A program made the position numbers and the translations under genes. 64,000 bases of DNA from Burkholderiales bacterium (GTDB lineage Bacteria > Pseudomonadota > Gammaproteobacteria > Burkholderiales > SG8-41): positions 177,719 through 241,718 of the forward strand of contig JAHCAI010000005.1 in assembly GCA_019634975.1 (NCBI GenBank), read 5' to 3'. Positions within the stretch are counted from its first letter, which is position 1, and each line of letters begins with the position of its first letter. Shown one piece after another: positions 26,744 to 37,174 of the stretch. Under the pieces are notes generated by a model that worked only from the letters and a program-made list of their open reading frames with translations, was not told where the DNA came from and searched no databases.

Positions 26744-28123
26744 TCATTTCAAGGCGAGCAGCGGCCGCAGCGCGCGCGCATCGCGCAAGGCTTCGATTTT
26801 CCAAACGGCATCGATCAGTTTTTCGCTGCGGCGCGCGCCGAGCAGCGGCACGAGCAGGTCGCGCGCCTTGGCCGCCACCTCCTCCCGCGGCATCGGGTTG
26901 GCGGCGGTGCCGCGCACGGCTTTCGTGTGGTGGCGCAGCCGGCGGCCGTCGCGGGTTTCGATCTCGACAACGGCCTGGGTGGTCTTCGCCCGGCCCAGCG
27001 CGGCGCTGCCCTTCAGTTCGATTTTTTCCTTCAGCTTCAGCACCTTCGGATTGCGCACGCGGCGGTCGTCATGCGCCGAGGCAAAGCTGATGTCGCCATC
27101 GAGCAGCATCACCGCCACCAGGTGCTGGATGTTGATGCTGGCCATCGTGCGCTGGTTGACCGTGCGCGCGCCCTGCTCGTCGATGGTGATGGTCACGCGC
27201 CCGACGTCGGCTGCGCCAATGCGGTGTTTCTCCAGAATGTTCATCACCGCATCCAGCGGCGCCTGGATCGGGTAACCGACGGCCCAGCGCTTGATCGAGG
27301 TGTTCATGATCTCGTAGCGGCGGCCGAGGTCCGCCACCAGTTTTTCCGGGCTCGCGGTCAGGCCGTGGGCATGAAAAAAGCCGCGGTCGCCGTCGAACAC
27401 GTCCTCGACGCCGGTGAACCTCATCGACGCCATCAGCGCCGCGGTGACGCCGTTGCGCGCCGGCATGCCGCCGAAATCGAAGGCCTTTTCGATGTGCTCT
27501 ATGTCGCGCGCCCAGCAGGACAACCCTGAGGCCTGCTGCGCGGTGTACGACAGCAGGTAACGCGTCTGGTCGTAGTTCAACTTCAGTATCGCCGCGGCAG
27601 CGGCCGCCGCACCGAACATGTGGCCGAAGCTGTGCGTGGAATGGCCGCGCTCGCGGAAACGCTCGATGCCGAGCGCGATCGACATCCGCGCGCAGACGTC
27701 ATAACCGAGCACCATGGCGCGCAGCAGCGCCGTGCCGCTCGCGCGCTCGCGTTCGGCCACGGCCAGCGCCGCCGGCACCACGGCGCAGCCGGGGTGCACC
27801 AGCGCGAGGTAATAGGTGTCGTCAGTCTCGTCGGCATGGGCATGCATGCCGTTGGCCAGCGCCGCATTGATTGCGGTGGTACGGAGTTCCGAGCCGATCA
27901 CGGTGGCCTCGGGCGTGCCGCCCTGAGTCGCGACGAACTCGATCGCGCGGCGGCCCGGCAGCAGCTGCGAACCCGAAAGCATTGCCGCCAGCGTGTCAAG
28001 CAGGTGGTGCTTGGCGCGCTCGGCGACTTTGGCGGGCAGCGCGCGGCGCGGCGCGGCGGTGATGTAACTCGCCAGCCGCTGCATCAATGGCGAAATTTTC
28101 GCCGCGGTTTTCCTCGAAGCCAT
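26744..28123 (-). CDS. MmgE/PrpD-family protein
   Basis: 459 aa. Family-typical LLDTLAAMLSG, HADETDD and GHSTHSFG motifs. More distant from PrpD proper than 38190-39629. Confidence 0.85.
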   Translation of the reverse strand: MASRKTAAKISPLMQRLASYITAAPRRALPAKVAERAKHHLLDTLAAMLSGSQLLPGRRAIEFVATQGGTPEATVIGSELRTTAINAALANGMHAHADETDDTYYLALVHPGCAVVPAALAVAERERASGTALLRAMVLGYDVCARMSIALGIERFRERGHSTHSFGHMFGAAAAAAAILKLNYDQTRYLLSYTAQQASGLSCWARDIEHIEKAFDFGGMPARNGVTAALMASMRFTGVEDVFDGDRGFFHAHGLTASPEKLVADLGRRYEIMNTSIKRWAVGYPIQAPLDAVMNILEKHRIGAADVGRVTITIDEQGARTVNQRTMASINIQHLVAVMLLDGDISFASAHDDRRVRNPKVLKLKEKIELKGSAALGRAKTTQAVVEIETRDGRRLRHHTKAVRGTAANPMPREEVAAKARDLLVPLLGARRSEKLIDAVWKIEALRDARALRPLLALK

Positions 28124-28127
28124 TCGT

Positions 28128-29093
28128 TTACTCCGGCTTGATGCCCGCCGCCTGGATCACCTTCGCCCACTTCGCCGTTTCGCTGCGCAGGTAGGCCGCG
28201 AATTCCTCGGGGCTGCTGCCCACCGGCTCGGCGCCGTCGTTCAGCAGGCGCTGGCGCACTTCCGGGTTCTGCAGCGCGCGCACGACGCCGGTGTGCAGTT
28301 TGCTGATGATGTCGCGCGGCGTACCGGCCGGTGCGAGCAGGCCGTACCACTGCACCGCCTCGTAGCCCGGCACGCCGGCCTCGGCGATGGTCGGGATGTC
28401 ATCGGCGCCCGGCGCGCGCTTCGCGCCGGTGACGCCCAGCGCGCGCAGCCGCCCCGACTGGATGTGCGGCTTCGCCGACAGCATGTTGGGCATCATCGCC
28501 GGAACGTGACCGGCAACAAGGTCGGTGACCCCGGGCCCCGAGCCCTTGTACGGCACGTGCAGCATTTTCAGGCCGGTCATCACCAGGAACAGCTCCATCG
28601 ACAGGTGCGGGCTGGTGCCGACGCCGGCCGAGGCGAAATTGATCTGCCCGGGACGCGGCTTCACCAGCGCGATGAACTCTTTCACGTTTTTCGCCGGCAG
28701 CGAGGGATGCACCACCAGCACGTTCGACAGCGAAACCGCCTGCGAAATCGGCGCAAAATCCTTCAGCGCGTCGTACGGTACTTTTTTGTACATCGCCGGA
28801 TTGATTGCCAGCGTGCTGATGCCCATCAGCAGCGTGTAGCCGTCGGGCGCGGCGCGTGCCACCGCCTCGCCGCCGATCATCGTGCCGGCGCCGGCGCGGT
28901 TCTCGACGACCACCTGCTGGCCGAGAAACTGGCTCAGCTGCGGCGCGAGGATGCGCGCCGAAATGTCGGTGCCGCCGCCCGGCGCCGAGGGCACGACGAT
29001 GCGCACTGCACGCGTCGGATAGTTCTGCGCTGCCACCGGCAGCACCAGCATGGACAGCGCGATGATTGATGATAAGTATTTGATTTTATTCAT
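28128..29093 (-). CDS. Bug-family substrate-binding protein
   Basis: The track start 29111 is TTG. ATG 29093 follows GAGGAGG. MNKIKYLSSIIALSMLVLPVAAQNYPTRAVRIVVPSAPGGGTD. Confidence 0.9.
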   Translation of the reverse strand: MNKIKYLSSIIALSMLVLPVAAQNYPTRAVRIVVPSAPGGGTDISARILAPQLSQFLGQQVVVENRAGAGTMIGGEAVARAAPDGYTLLMGISTLAINPAMYKKVPYDALKDFAPISQAVSLSNVLVVHPSLPAKNVKEFIALVKPRPGQINFASAGVGTSPHLSMELFLVMTGLKMLHVPYKGSGPGVTDLVAGHVPAMMPNMLSAKPHIQSGRLRALGVTGAKRAPGADDIPTIAEAGVPGYEAVQWYGLLAPAGTPRDIISKLHTGVVRALQNPEVRQRLLNDGAEPVGSSPEEFAAYLRSETAKWAKVIQAAGIKPE

Positions 29094-29107
29094 TATTTTA
29101 AACCTCC

Positions 29108-30028
29108 TCAAAGATGCGAGTACAGCACTTTGCCCGCCACCGGCATCTTCGCCGCGAGGATCTCGCCGCGATAGGAATCGCAGATGTAGAGCGTCTTGCG
29201 GTCGGCGCCGCCGTAGGCCATGTTGGTCATGCGCGCGCCCTTGTTGCGGCTCTGCACCCGCGCCAGCGGTTCGCCCATCGGCCCGAACAGCCAGATGATG
29301 CCGGGCCGCGCATGCGCTGCCGACAGGTTGCCGGCCTCGTCCATCGCCAGTCCGTCAGGGCCGTGGATGCCCGGCAGAACGCAGAACACGCCTGCCTTGT
29401 TCACCGCGCCGCCCTTCAGCGGGCAATGCCACATGCAGTTGGCGCGGGTCATCGCGACGTACATCACCTTGTCCTGCGGATCGAGCACGATGCCGTTGGG
29501 GCTGGGCCCGTTCGTGATCAGGCAGTCGAGCCGCCCCTCGGTGCTGTAGCGGTAGACGCGGCCCGTGGGATCGTGGATGCCGGTCTGGCCCTGATCGGTG
29601 AAGTAAAGATCGCCGTTCCTGGCGAAGGTCAGATCGTTGACGCCCTTGAAACCCTCGGACTGGTTGTGGGTCAGGAAATCCTCGACGCGGCCCGTCTTCG
29701 GATCGCAGCGCAGGATGCCGCGGCGATAGTCGGCGATGAACAGCGAACCGTCCCGGTGCACCGCCAGCCCGTTGGGCCAGCCTTCATACTCGGCCGCGAC
29801 ATCGAACTCCCCCTTGGGCGACATCCTGAGGATGCGGCCATAGGGAATGTCAACCATGTAGAGATTGCCCTCGCGGTCGAAGGCCGGTCCCTCGAGAAAA
29901 CAGTCGAGCTTCGAACCCGGATGGTTGGCGTCGATCCAGCTCGACGGCGCCCCGCCCTTGCGCAGGCGCGCGGGCACGGATGCGAAGACTTCCGCCTCGA
30001 TCAGCGGCGGCGGTTCAAAAAAAGACAT
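29108..30028 (-). CDS. SMP-30/gluconolactonase/LRE-family protein
   Basis: 306 aa. LEGPAFDREGNLYMVDI, PNGLAVHRDG, NDLTFARNGDLYFTD, PDGLAMDEAGNL beta-propeller repeats. Confidence 0.88.
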   Translation of the reverse strand: MSFFEPPPLIEAEVFASVPARLRKGGAPSSWIDANHPGSKLDCFLEGPAFDREGNLYMVDIPYGRILRMSPKGEFDVAAEYEGWPNGLAVHRDGSLFIADYRRGILRCDPKTGRVEDFLTHNQSEGFKGVNDLTFARNGDLYFTDQGQTGIHDPTGRVYRYSTEGRLDCLITNGPSPNGIVLDPQDKVMYVAMTRANCMWHCPLKGGAVNKAGVFCVLPGIHGPDGLAMDEAGNLSAAHARPGIIWLFGPMGEPLARVQSRNKGARMTNMAYGGADRKTLYICDSYRGEILAAKMPVAGKVLYSHL

Positions 30029-30061
30029 CGGATCTCCTCCGTGTTATCGGTGGCCATGCGG

Positions 30062-31024
30062 TCACTCCGCCGGAATGCCGGCATCCTTGATGACCTTGGC
30101 CCATTTGGCGATCTCGGACTTGATGTAGGCCGCGAAAGCGGCCGGCGTGCCGCCGTCCGGCTCAAAACCCTGCGCTTCGAGGCGCTGCCGGGCCGGGCCT
30201 GCAAGAATTTTCACCACATCCGCATGCAGCCGGTCGACAATCGGCTTCGGTGTGCCCGCCGGCGCGAGCAGGCCGTACCAGGTCGCCGCGTCATAGCCCT
30301 TGACGCCCGCCTCCGCGACGGTCGGCAAATCCGGCATCGCCTGTGAACGCTTGGCAGTGGTCACCGCCACCGGCCGCACCTTGCCCGATTTCACATGCGG
30401 CATCGCCGCCGGCATGGTTGCGAACATGATCTGCACCTCTCCCGAAATCGTCGCCACCATGGCAGGACCGCCACCCTTGAAGGGGACGTGGACCATGTCG
30501 ATGCCGGCAAGCGATTTCAGCAGCTCGCCCGCGAGATGCGAGGAACTGCCAACACCGGCCGAGGGAAAGTTGAGTGCGCCGGGTTTCGCCTTGGCCAGCG
30601 AGATCAGATCACCAATGCTTTTCACCGGTACCGAAGGATGCGCGACAAGTATGTTGGGGGTGATCGCCACCAGGCTCACCGGTGAAAAATCCTTCACCGG
30701 GTCGAAAGGAAGTTTTTTGAACAGGCTCACATTGACCGCGTTGGGCGCGACATTGCCCATCAACAACGTGTGGCCGTCGGGCACCGCGCGCGCGGCGAGT
30801 TCGGTGCCGATGTTGCCGGTTGCGCCGCCCCGGTTGTCGACGACGACCTGCTGGCCCAGCGTCTGGCTCAGCTGCTCGGCCATCACGCGCCCCACCTGGT
30901 CGGTACCGCCACCCGGCGGATAGGCCACGATCATGCGGATCGGCCGCTGGGGATAGCTGTCGGCGGCCTGCACCACGCCGGCGACCGCACACAGCACTGC
31001 CAGCAGCGCAGATTGCATTTTCAT
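30062..31024 (-). CDS. Bug-family substrate-binding protein
   Basis: MKMQSALLAVLCAVAGVVQAADSYPQRPIRMIVAYPPGGGTD. RBS GAGGAG. Confidence 0.9.
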   Translation of the reverse strand: MKMQSALLAVLCAVAGVVQAADSYPQRPIRMIVAYPPGGGTDQVGRVMAEQLSQTLGQQVVVDNRGGATGNIGTELAARAVPDGHTLLMGNVAPNAVNVSLFKKLPFDPVKDFSPVSLVAITPNILVAHPSVPVKSIGDLISLAKAKPGALNFPSAGVGSSSHLAGELLKSLAGIDMVHVPFKGGGPAMVATISGEVQIMFATMPAAMPHVKSGKVRPVAVTTAKRSQAMPDLPTVAEAGVKGYDAATWYGLLAPAGTPKPIVDRLHADVVKILAGPARQRLEAQGFEPDGGTPAAFAAYIKSEIAKWAKVIKDAGIPAE

Positions 31025-31045
31025 CAGGATCTCCTCGTGAGATTG

Positions 31046-32161
31046 TTATTGCGCCAGCGGCAGCGTCACCGCGCGGCCGGTGGCCATCGAATGCTCGATT
31101 GCCAGCGTCACCTCGAGGTTCAGCCGCGCCTCGCCCGGCTTGGCCAGGGTGCAGGGCTTGCCCATTGCCAGGTGATCGAGCCAGGCCCGCGTCTCGTTGG
31201 CAATCGGCCCCCAGAACTCGCCCAGCGCCCAGTCGCCGGGCGTGCCGCTCTGCAGGAACACCATGTTGACCGTGTGATCCGGCAGATAGACGTGGGGAAT
31301 GCCCTTCTCGGTGTACATCAGCTGGTCGGTGTGGTCGTCGTCGAGGATCATCACGCCGTCGGTGCCGACCAGTTCGACGCGGGCGGCATGGCCCAGCGCC
31401 GGGTATTTCGCCGGCAGCGCATAGCTGATGCCGAGATTCATCACCGCACCGTCCTCGTAGGTCAGGATCGCGTAGCTGATGTCCTCGACATGGTCGTAGC
31501 CGGCCTCCCGCAGCACGCCCTTCTGCCCGCGCGCATAGACCTCGACCAGCCGCCTGCCCTCATGGAACCAGTTCATCAGGTCGACGTAGTAGGTCAGCGC
31601 GTCAACCACCGGCGTCGCATGCGGGTTGCGCTGGAGCATGCCCAGCGCCTGGGAGCGCGAGTTGAACACCCGCGCCGCGCCGCCGGTCAACCGGCCGACG
31701 CGCCCCTGCACGATCTGCTCCTTGGCGATCTGGTAGCGCTCCTTGTAGCGGCGGCTGTAGCCGACATGCACCGGCACTCCGGATTTCTCGATGGTCCGGA
31801 TCACCTGGTCGGCATCGGCCAGCGACAGTGCGATGGGCTTCTCCACCAGCACCGGCTTGCCGAGTTCGAGCGCCTTCAGGATCGGCGCCAGGTGTTCACC
31901 CTCGCTGGTCGAGACGATGACCGCGTTGACTTCCGGGTGGGCGATGATCGCGTCGTTGTCGCCGGAATGCAGGGCGGCGCCGACCCTCTTCGCCAGGGCT
32001 TCCGCTTTTTTCGGATCCTGGTCGGAGGTGGCGATGAAGCGCACTGCGGGATGCCCGGCCGCGAGCTGCGCGCGCAGCCCGCCGATGCGGCCGGAGCCGA
32101 TCACGGCCAGGCCCAAGCTCTTGCGTTCGATGATGTTCTCCCCCGGATGCACTGCGTGCAT
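31046..32161 (-). CDS. Gfo/Idh/MocA-family oxidoreductase
   Basis: 371 aa. N-terminal Rossmann LGLAVIGSGRIG, plus VLVEKPIALS. Confidence 0.88.
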   Translation of the reverse strand: MHAVHPGENIIERKSLGLAVIGSGRIGGLRAQLAAGHPAVRFIATSDQDPKKAEALAKRVGAALHSGDNDAIIAHPEVNAVIVSTSEGEHLAPILKALELGKPVLVEKPIALSLADADQVIRTIEKSGVPVHVGYSRRYKERYQIAKEQIVQGRVGRLTGGAARVFNSRSQALGMLQRNPHATPVVDALTYYVDLMNWFHEGRRLVEVYARGQKGVLREAGYDHVEDISYAILTYEDGAVMNLGISYALPAKYPALGHAARVELVGTDGVMILDDDHTDQLMYTEKGIPHVYLPDHTVNMVFLQSGTPGDWALGEFWGPIANETRAWLDHLAMGKPCTLAKPGEARLNLEVTLAIEHSMATGRAVTLPLAQ

Positions 32162-32381
32162 GGCGCAGCGACGGTCTGTCGGTGGTGTCGCGGGCCTTCA
32201 CCGCACGACACGCATGACCGTGGAGTCTAGCCAAGGGGCACGGGCATCACAAGCCGGAGGCGGGCATTCCACATGCTGTGGCATGCCCGCCGCTTCATCG
32301 CAGTGAAGAAAAACGCGCCGCGCGGAGAGGGGTGGGGGAAGAACGGCGCAGCGCTAAAACCGCAACTCCGGTATCCGGCAA

Positions 32382-33371
32382 CTACTGCTTCTGTATGCCC
32401 GCGGCATTGACCACCTGCTGCCAGCGCGCCACTTCCCCGGACAGATACTTCGAGAACTCCTGCGGCGCGCTGACGCGCACGGTCAGGCCCTGGCTGGAAA
32501 AGCGCTGGGCGACCTGCGGATCGCGGGACTGCTTCGCAAGGTCGCCGTGGAACCGCTGAACCACCGCGGCCGGTGAGCCCGCTGGCACCAGCATTCCGTA
32601 CCAGGTGGTATAGGCGAACCCCGGCAACCCGGCCTCGCTCGCGGTCGGGATCTCCGGCGCCGCATCGACGCGCTTCTCGCTGGTCACCGCAACACCGGTC
32701 AGACGCCCCGAGCGCACCTGCGGCAGCGCCGTGGCCATGTTGGTGACCATGTACTGAATCTCGCCGGAGAGCAGGCCCGTGGTTGCCAGGCCGGCGCTCT
32801 TGTACGGCACATGGATGGTGTCAACCTTGGCCGAGAGCTTGAACAGTTCATTGGCAAGGTGGCTCGCGGTACCGTTGCCCGCTGAACCAAAGGCGTACTT
32901 GCCCGGCTCCTTTTTGAACAGCGCGATCAGCTCCGGCAGCGTCTTCGCCGGCACCTTGGGATTGACGGCGATGATGCTGGGCTGGTCGGCGATCAGTGTC
33001 ACCGGCGCAAAATCCTTGAGCACATCAAACCCGATGTTCCTGAACAGCGCCGGTCCGATCGCCATGGTCGAGCTCGACACCAGCGCGGTGTAGCCGTCAG
33101 CCGGCGCCTTGGCAACAATCGCGGTGCCGATGGTGCCGCCCGCCCCGGGCCGGTTGTCGATGACCAGCGACTGGCCCCAGGCATCCGACAGCGCCTGCGC
33201 GGCGATCCGGGCCACGATGTCGCTGCCGCCGCCGGGCGCCAGAGGCACGACCACGCGCACCGGCTTGGCGGGATAGGCCTGCGTTTGGGCGGCCAGCGGC
33301 GCGGCACCCAGCACGAGGCCGGCTCCGGCCAGTACAGCGACAGCCGGCTTCAGGGGCGATCGGTTCAGCAT
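32382..33371 (-). CDS. Bug-family substrate-binding protein
   Basis: Signal peptide, then YPAKPVRVVVPLAPGGGSD. Confidence 0.9.
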   Translation of the reverse strand: MLNRSPLKPAVAVLAGAGLVLGAAPLAAQTQAYPAKPVRVVVPLAPGGGSDIVARIAAQALSDAWGQSLVIDNRPGAGGTIGTAIVAKAPADGYTALVSSSTMAIGPALFRNIGFDVLKDFAPVTLIADQPSIIAVNPKVPAKTLPELIALFKKEPGKYAFGSAGNGTASHLANELFKLSAKVDTIHVPYKSAGLATTGLLSGEIQYMVTNMATALPQVRSGRLTGVAVTSEKRVDAAPEIPTASEAGLPGFAYTTWYGMLVPAGSPAAVVQRFHGDLAKQSRDPQVAQRFSSQGLTVRVSAPQEFSKYLSGEVARWQQVVNAAGIQKQ

Positions 33372-33501
33372 GGTGGAATCCTCGTCAGTCGCGGCCGTGC
33401 CGCCTACGCGCAGACATTAATCCGTTTGCATTACAGGCTTGTGACAGGGCGCGCTGGCGGTGACATGCGGCGCGGCCGGCCGGCGGCGCGGGGATATGCC
33501 G

Positions 33502-33530
33502 TTGACAAACCCCGGGGCATTGCATAGAAA
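33502..33530 (+). promoter_or_regulatory. Sigma-70 type promoter
   Basis: TTGACA (33502-07), 17-nt spacer, TAGAAA (33525-30). It lies inside the track's extended ORF 33460-, which argues for the downstream GTG 33565 start. Confidence 0.45.
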
Positions 33531-33564
33531 CAAGGGGCCAAACAAAAAAACAAGGACCCATGCC

Positions 33565-34419
33565 GTGATCCATGCACAACCCGGGCTGTTCCTGCGATTC
33601 GAGCCCGCCGGCAGCCCCACTCCCCTGGTCGTCGATGTCTCCCGCAGCGGCCGCGAATACCCGAAGGAATACCGCTCGCCGCTGCCTTTCACGACCGTGC
33701 ATGACAACGTGTCGATGTACGTCGAGGACCTGTGGGCCGGCGCGCCGGCCGCCGGCGGCACCCTGCTCTACTGCTGCTTCCCCAACACCTGGGTCGACGT
33801 CAACCGCAGCGAGGCCGACATGGATCCGGCCGTCGTCGACGGCGAGTGGCCGAAACCGCTGAAGCCGACGGCACGCACGCTGGAGGGCCTGGGGCTGATC
33901 AAGACCAAATCGCGCTACGGCGAACCCTTCCAGGAACGTCCGCTGACAGTGGCGGAAATTGAGGAGCGTCTTGATCGTTACTACCGCCCCTACCACGCCG
34001 AGCTGAAACGCCTGGTGGACGACACTTACCGGCGCTTCGGCGTTCTGCGGCAGATATCCTGCCACTGCATGTCGGCGGTCGGCGCGCCGACGCACCCCGA
34101 TGCCGGAAAACCGCGTGCCGATTTCTGCATCAGCGACCTGAACGGAAAAACCTCGTCACCGCAGACGATGGACCTGATCGTCGACACGCTGAAAAGCCGA
34201 GGCTACAGCGTATCGGTGAACGACCCCTATGTCGGCAACGAACTGATTGGCCGCCACGGCGACCCGTCACGCGGCATCGACTCGGTGCAGGTCGAGATCA
34301 ACAAGAAGCTGTTCATGGATACCAAGACCTTCCGCGCCACTGCAGGCCTGCCCGAACTGAGGGCCGACCTCGACCACCTGCTGCAGGTGGTCGCCGACGA
34401 CGCGCTGAAGCGCGCCTGA
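33565..34419 (+). CDS. N-formylglutamate amidohydrolase-family protein
   Basis: ORF 33460-34419, probable start GTG 33565 after aagga. LVVDVSRSGREYP...VDVNRSE...YYRPYH...ISCHCM...DPYVG pattern of the FGase family. Confidence 0.75.
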   Translation: MIHAQPGLFLRFEPAGSPTPLVVDVSRSGREYPKEYRSPLPFTTVHDNVSMYVEDLWAGAPAAGGTLLYCCFPNTWVDVNRSEADMDPAVVDGEWPKPLKPTARTLEGLGLIKTKSRYGEPFQERPLTVAEIEERLDRYYRPYHAELKRLVDDTYRRFGVLRQISCHCMSAVGAPTHPDAGKPRADFCISDLNGKTSSPQTMDLIVDTLKSRGYSVSVNDPYVGNELIGRHGDPSRGIDSVQVEINKKLFMDTKTFRATAGLPELRADLDHLLQVVADDALKRA

Positions 34420-34425
34420 TCGGGA

Positions 34426-35400
34426 TCAGTCGGCCTTGGCGCCCGACGCCTTCACCACCTTCGCCCATTTGGCGACGTCGCTCTGCACGACCTTCGCGAA
34501 CTCCTCCGGAGTGGTCGCGTACGACTCGGCGCCCTGCTTGAGGAACAGCTCGCGCACCTCCGGCGAGTTGACGATGCGCACGATGTCGGTGTTCAGCTGC
34601 TGCACGATCTCGCGCGGCGTGCCGGCCGGCGCGAACACGCCATACCAGGCCACTGCCTCGTAGCCGGGCAGGCCGGATTCCGCGACCGTGGGGTAACTCA
34701 TCGCGCTGGGGAAGCGCTTGGCGCTGGTCACCGCGAGGCCGCGCAGCTTGCCGGCCTCGACCAGCGGCAACGAGGACACGATGGTCGCGAACGAGAGGCC
34801 GACCTCGCCGGACACCACTGCCGGCATCGCCTGCGCGCCGCCCTTGAAGGGCACGTGCAGCATCTTGACTTTCGCCATGCTCGTGAACAGCGCGCCGCTC
34901 AGGTAAAGGAAATTGCCTGACGAGGCATAGGACAGGTCGCCAGGCCTTGCCCGCGCGAGGGCAATCAGTTCGCGCACGTTTTTCACCGGAACCGACGGGT
35001 GCGCGACCAGCATGTTCGGCAGCAATGCGGCCGGCGTGATGGCGACGAAGTCCTTGACCGGGTCGTAGGACGGCTTGGCATACAGGCTGGCATTGATGGC
35101 ATGGGTGCCGGTGGTCCCCATCACCAGCGTATAGCCGTCGGCGGCGGCACGCGCCGCGATCTCCGAGCCGACCACGCCGCCCGCGCCGGCGCGGTTGTCG
35201 ACCATGGCAACCTGCCGCTTGTACTGGTCATTCATTTTCTGGGCGACCACGCGGGTCACCACGTCCGTCGCACCACCCGGAGGAAAAGGCACGATGAAGC
35301 GGATCTGGCGGGCGGGATAGTCCTTCACCTGGGCCACTGCCAGCCCGGAAAAGGCCAGGGGCAGAACAGCGGATGCCAGTACGGCGCGAACAGCATTCAT
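34426..35400 (-). CDS. Bug-family substrate-binding protein
   Basis: ORF 34426-35442. ATG 35400 follows AAGGAGA. MNAVRAVLASAVLPLAFSGLAVAQVKDYPARQIRFIVPFPPGGATD. Confidence 0.9.
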   Translation of the reverse strand: MNAVRAVLASAVLPLAFSGLAVAQVKDYPARQIRFIVPFPPGGATDVVTRVVAQKMNDQYKRQVAMVDNRAGAGGVVGSEIAARAAADGYTLVMGTTGTHAINASLYAKPSYDPVKDFVAITPAALLPNMLVAHPSVPVKNVRELIALARARPGDLSYASSGNFLYLSGALFTSMAKVKMLHVPFKGGAQAMPAVVSGEVGLSFATIVSSLPLVEAGKLRGLAVTSAKRFPSAMSYPTVAESGLPGYEAVAWYGVFAPAGTPREIVQQLNTDIVRIVNSPEVRELFLKQGAESYATTPEEFAKVVQSDVAKWAKVVKASGAKAD

Positions 35401-35481
35401 GGCATATCTCCTTCGCATCATTTCCAGTTTGCAGCTTAACAAGATTCGGGCCTCATACGTCGAAGATGTACCGGCCGGGAT

Positions 35482-37086
35482 TCAACGACCGGGTCCACCC
35501 TGCAGGTCCACCGCCCGCTCCCGCAGCGCCTTGTCCTCGCGCAACTGGGCCTTGGCGATCTTGTGCGTGGGCGTGTGCGGCAGTTCGTCGACGAAGGCGA
35601 CGAAACGCGGCACCTTCTGCGGCGCAAGCCGCGCGCGGCACCAGTCGGCGATCTCCTGCGCCGTGACGCTGGCTCCCGGCTTCAGCGCACAGACCACGAA
35701 TATCTCGTCCTCGCCCAGCTCCGAAGGCACCGCGATGGTGCCGGCCTCGGCCACCGCCGGATGCTCGCCGATCACGCGATCGAGCTCGGCGGCGGCAATG
35801 TTCTCGCCGCGGCGGCGGATGATGTCGCGCTTGCGCGAAATGAAGTAGTAATACCCGTCGCTGTCGCGCTTCACGAGGTCGCCGGTCTTGAACCAGCCGT
35901 CATGGAAGGCATTCGCCGTCTGTTCGGGATCGCGGAAATAGCCCTGCATGATGATAGGCGTTTTTACCCACAGCTCGCCCGGCTCGCCGTCGGGCACGTC
36001 GCGGCCCTCGTCGTCGACGACGCGGCACTGCGCCCAGGGGCGCGCGGGATCGGGATGGCGGCCGATCGGCCCCATGCTGCCGAGTTTTTGCGGCCCCTCG
36101 AAGGGATTGCAGGTCACACCGGGAATCTCGGTCATGCCGTAGCCGCCGATGCGGTGCGCGATGTGGAACTCGTCGCGGAAGGTCGCATCCATGCTGGCGC
36201 GCACGCCGTAGACCTTGGAAATCCTGTGCTCCGGCCGGAACTCGCTGCGCGGCCGCGCGCGCAGGATGCTGCCGATGGCTTCGATGATGTTGACCTGGGT
36301 GGCGCCGGTGTCAACCGCGGTCTGCCAGAAGGTCGAGGCCGAGAACTTCGGCACGATGATCATGCAGGCGCCGGCGGCGAGCGTACCCGCCACCGAGTAG
36401 AACATCGCGTTGATGTGGAACAGCGGCAGCACCACCATCACGCGGTCGTCATCCTGCAGGTGGACACGCTGCACGAAGGCCTCGCCGCCGGTGACGAAAC
36501 TCCTCTGGCTGTGCATCGCGCCCTTCGGAAATCCGGTGGTGCCCGAGGTGTAGACGATCAGGCAGGTGTCGTCTCCGGTGACGCCGGCAGGCAGCGCCGC
36601 GTCGGGCGCCGCCTTCAGCAGATCTCCGAGCAGCGGCACATCAGCGCTCGCCGCGTCGAGCATCACGAACCAGGCCGGCGTCTTCAGGCCGGCTGCGGCC
36701 TTGCGCGCCACCTCCAGCGTATCCTGCGTCGCCGCCACCGCGCTGACCCCGGCATGGTGCAGCACGTATTTCGCCTCCTCGACACCGAACTCGGGGTTCA
36801 CCGGCACCATGATCGCCCCCAGCCGCGCCAGCGCGCACAGCATCAGCACGTGGCCGTCGCAGTTGCGCGCCATCACCGCCATGCGGTCGCCCTTGCGAAT
36901 GCCGCGGGCGGCCAGCACACGGGCGGCAGCGTCGACGGCCTCGCTGAAATCACCCCAGGACCAGCTGCGGTCACGGAACAGGATGAAGGGGCGCGCGGGA
37001 TCACGCTTGATGCGGCTTTTGAGCACGCCGTTCAGCGTGTAATCGTGATCGGGATAAAGACGCAGGACCTCAAGCGGTTTTTTCAT
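35482..37086 (-). CDS. AMP-dependent acyl-CoA synthetase/ligase
   Basis: ORF 35482-37338, sensible start ATG 37086 (MKKPLEVLRLYPD). AMP-binding motif IVYTSGTTGFPKGAMH, plus YGMTE and GWFKTGD. Confidence 0.88.
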   Translation of the reverse strand: MKKPLEVLRLYPDHDYTLNGVLKSRIKRDPARPFILFRDRSWSWGDFSEAVDAAARVLAARGIRKGDRMAVMARNCDGHVLMLCALARLGAIMVPVNPEFGVEEAKYVLHHAGVSAVAATQDTLEVARKAAAGLKTPAWFVMLDAASADVPLLGDLLKAAPDAALPAGVTGDDTCLIVYTSGTTGFPKGAMHSQRSFVTGGEAFVQRVHLQDDDRVMVVLPLFHINAMFYSVAGTLAAGACMIIVPKFSASTFWQTAVDTGATQVNIIEAIGSILRARPRSEFRPEHRISKVYGVRASMDATFRDEFHIAHRIGGYGMTEIPGVTCNPFEGPQKLGSMGPIGRHPDPARPWAQCRVVDDEGRDVPDGEPGELWVKTPIIMQGYFRDPEQTANAFHDGWFKTGDLVKRDSDGYYYFISRKRDIIRRRGENIAAAELDRVIGEHPAVAEAGTIAVPSELGEDEIFVVCALKPGASVTAQEIADWCRARLAPQKVPRFVAFVDELPHTPTHKIAKAQLREDKALRERAVDLQGGPGR

Positions 37087-37174
37087 GGCGGATCGGCGGG
37101 ATGGATTCAGGGGAGTCCGCGGGATTCTGTCATACAATCCCCGCTCCTTCCGCAGCCCAGTCCATATTGAGACC

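Noticed and set aside
29114-32230. Long plus-strand ORFs 29114-30346 (410 aa) and 30770-32230 (486 aa)
   Set aside because: They are antisense to the SMP-30, Bug and Gfo/Idh/MocA genes. The same reasoning applies to 4149-5354, 17128-18306, 20643-21629, 25289-26539, 25849-27090, 35563-37170 and 45769-46647.
32254-32292. Hairpin ggcgggcat...atgcccgcc between Bug gene 32382-33371 and the oxidoreductase gene
   Set aside because: The stem is 9 bp with a large loop and no T-run on the relevant strand, so it cannot be called a terminator or attenuator with confidence.
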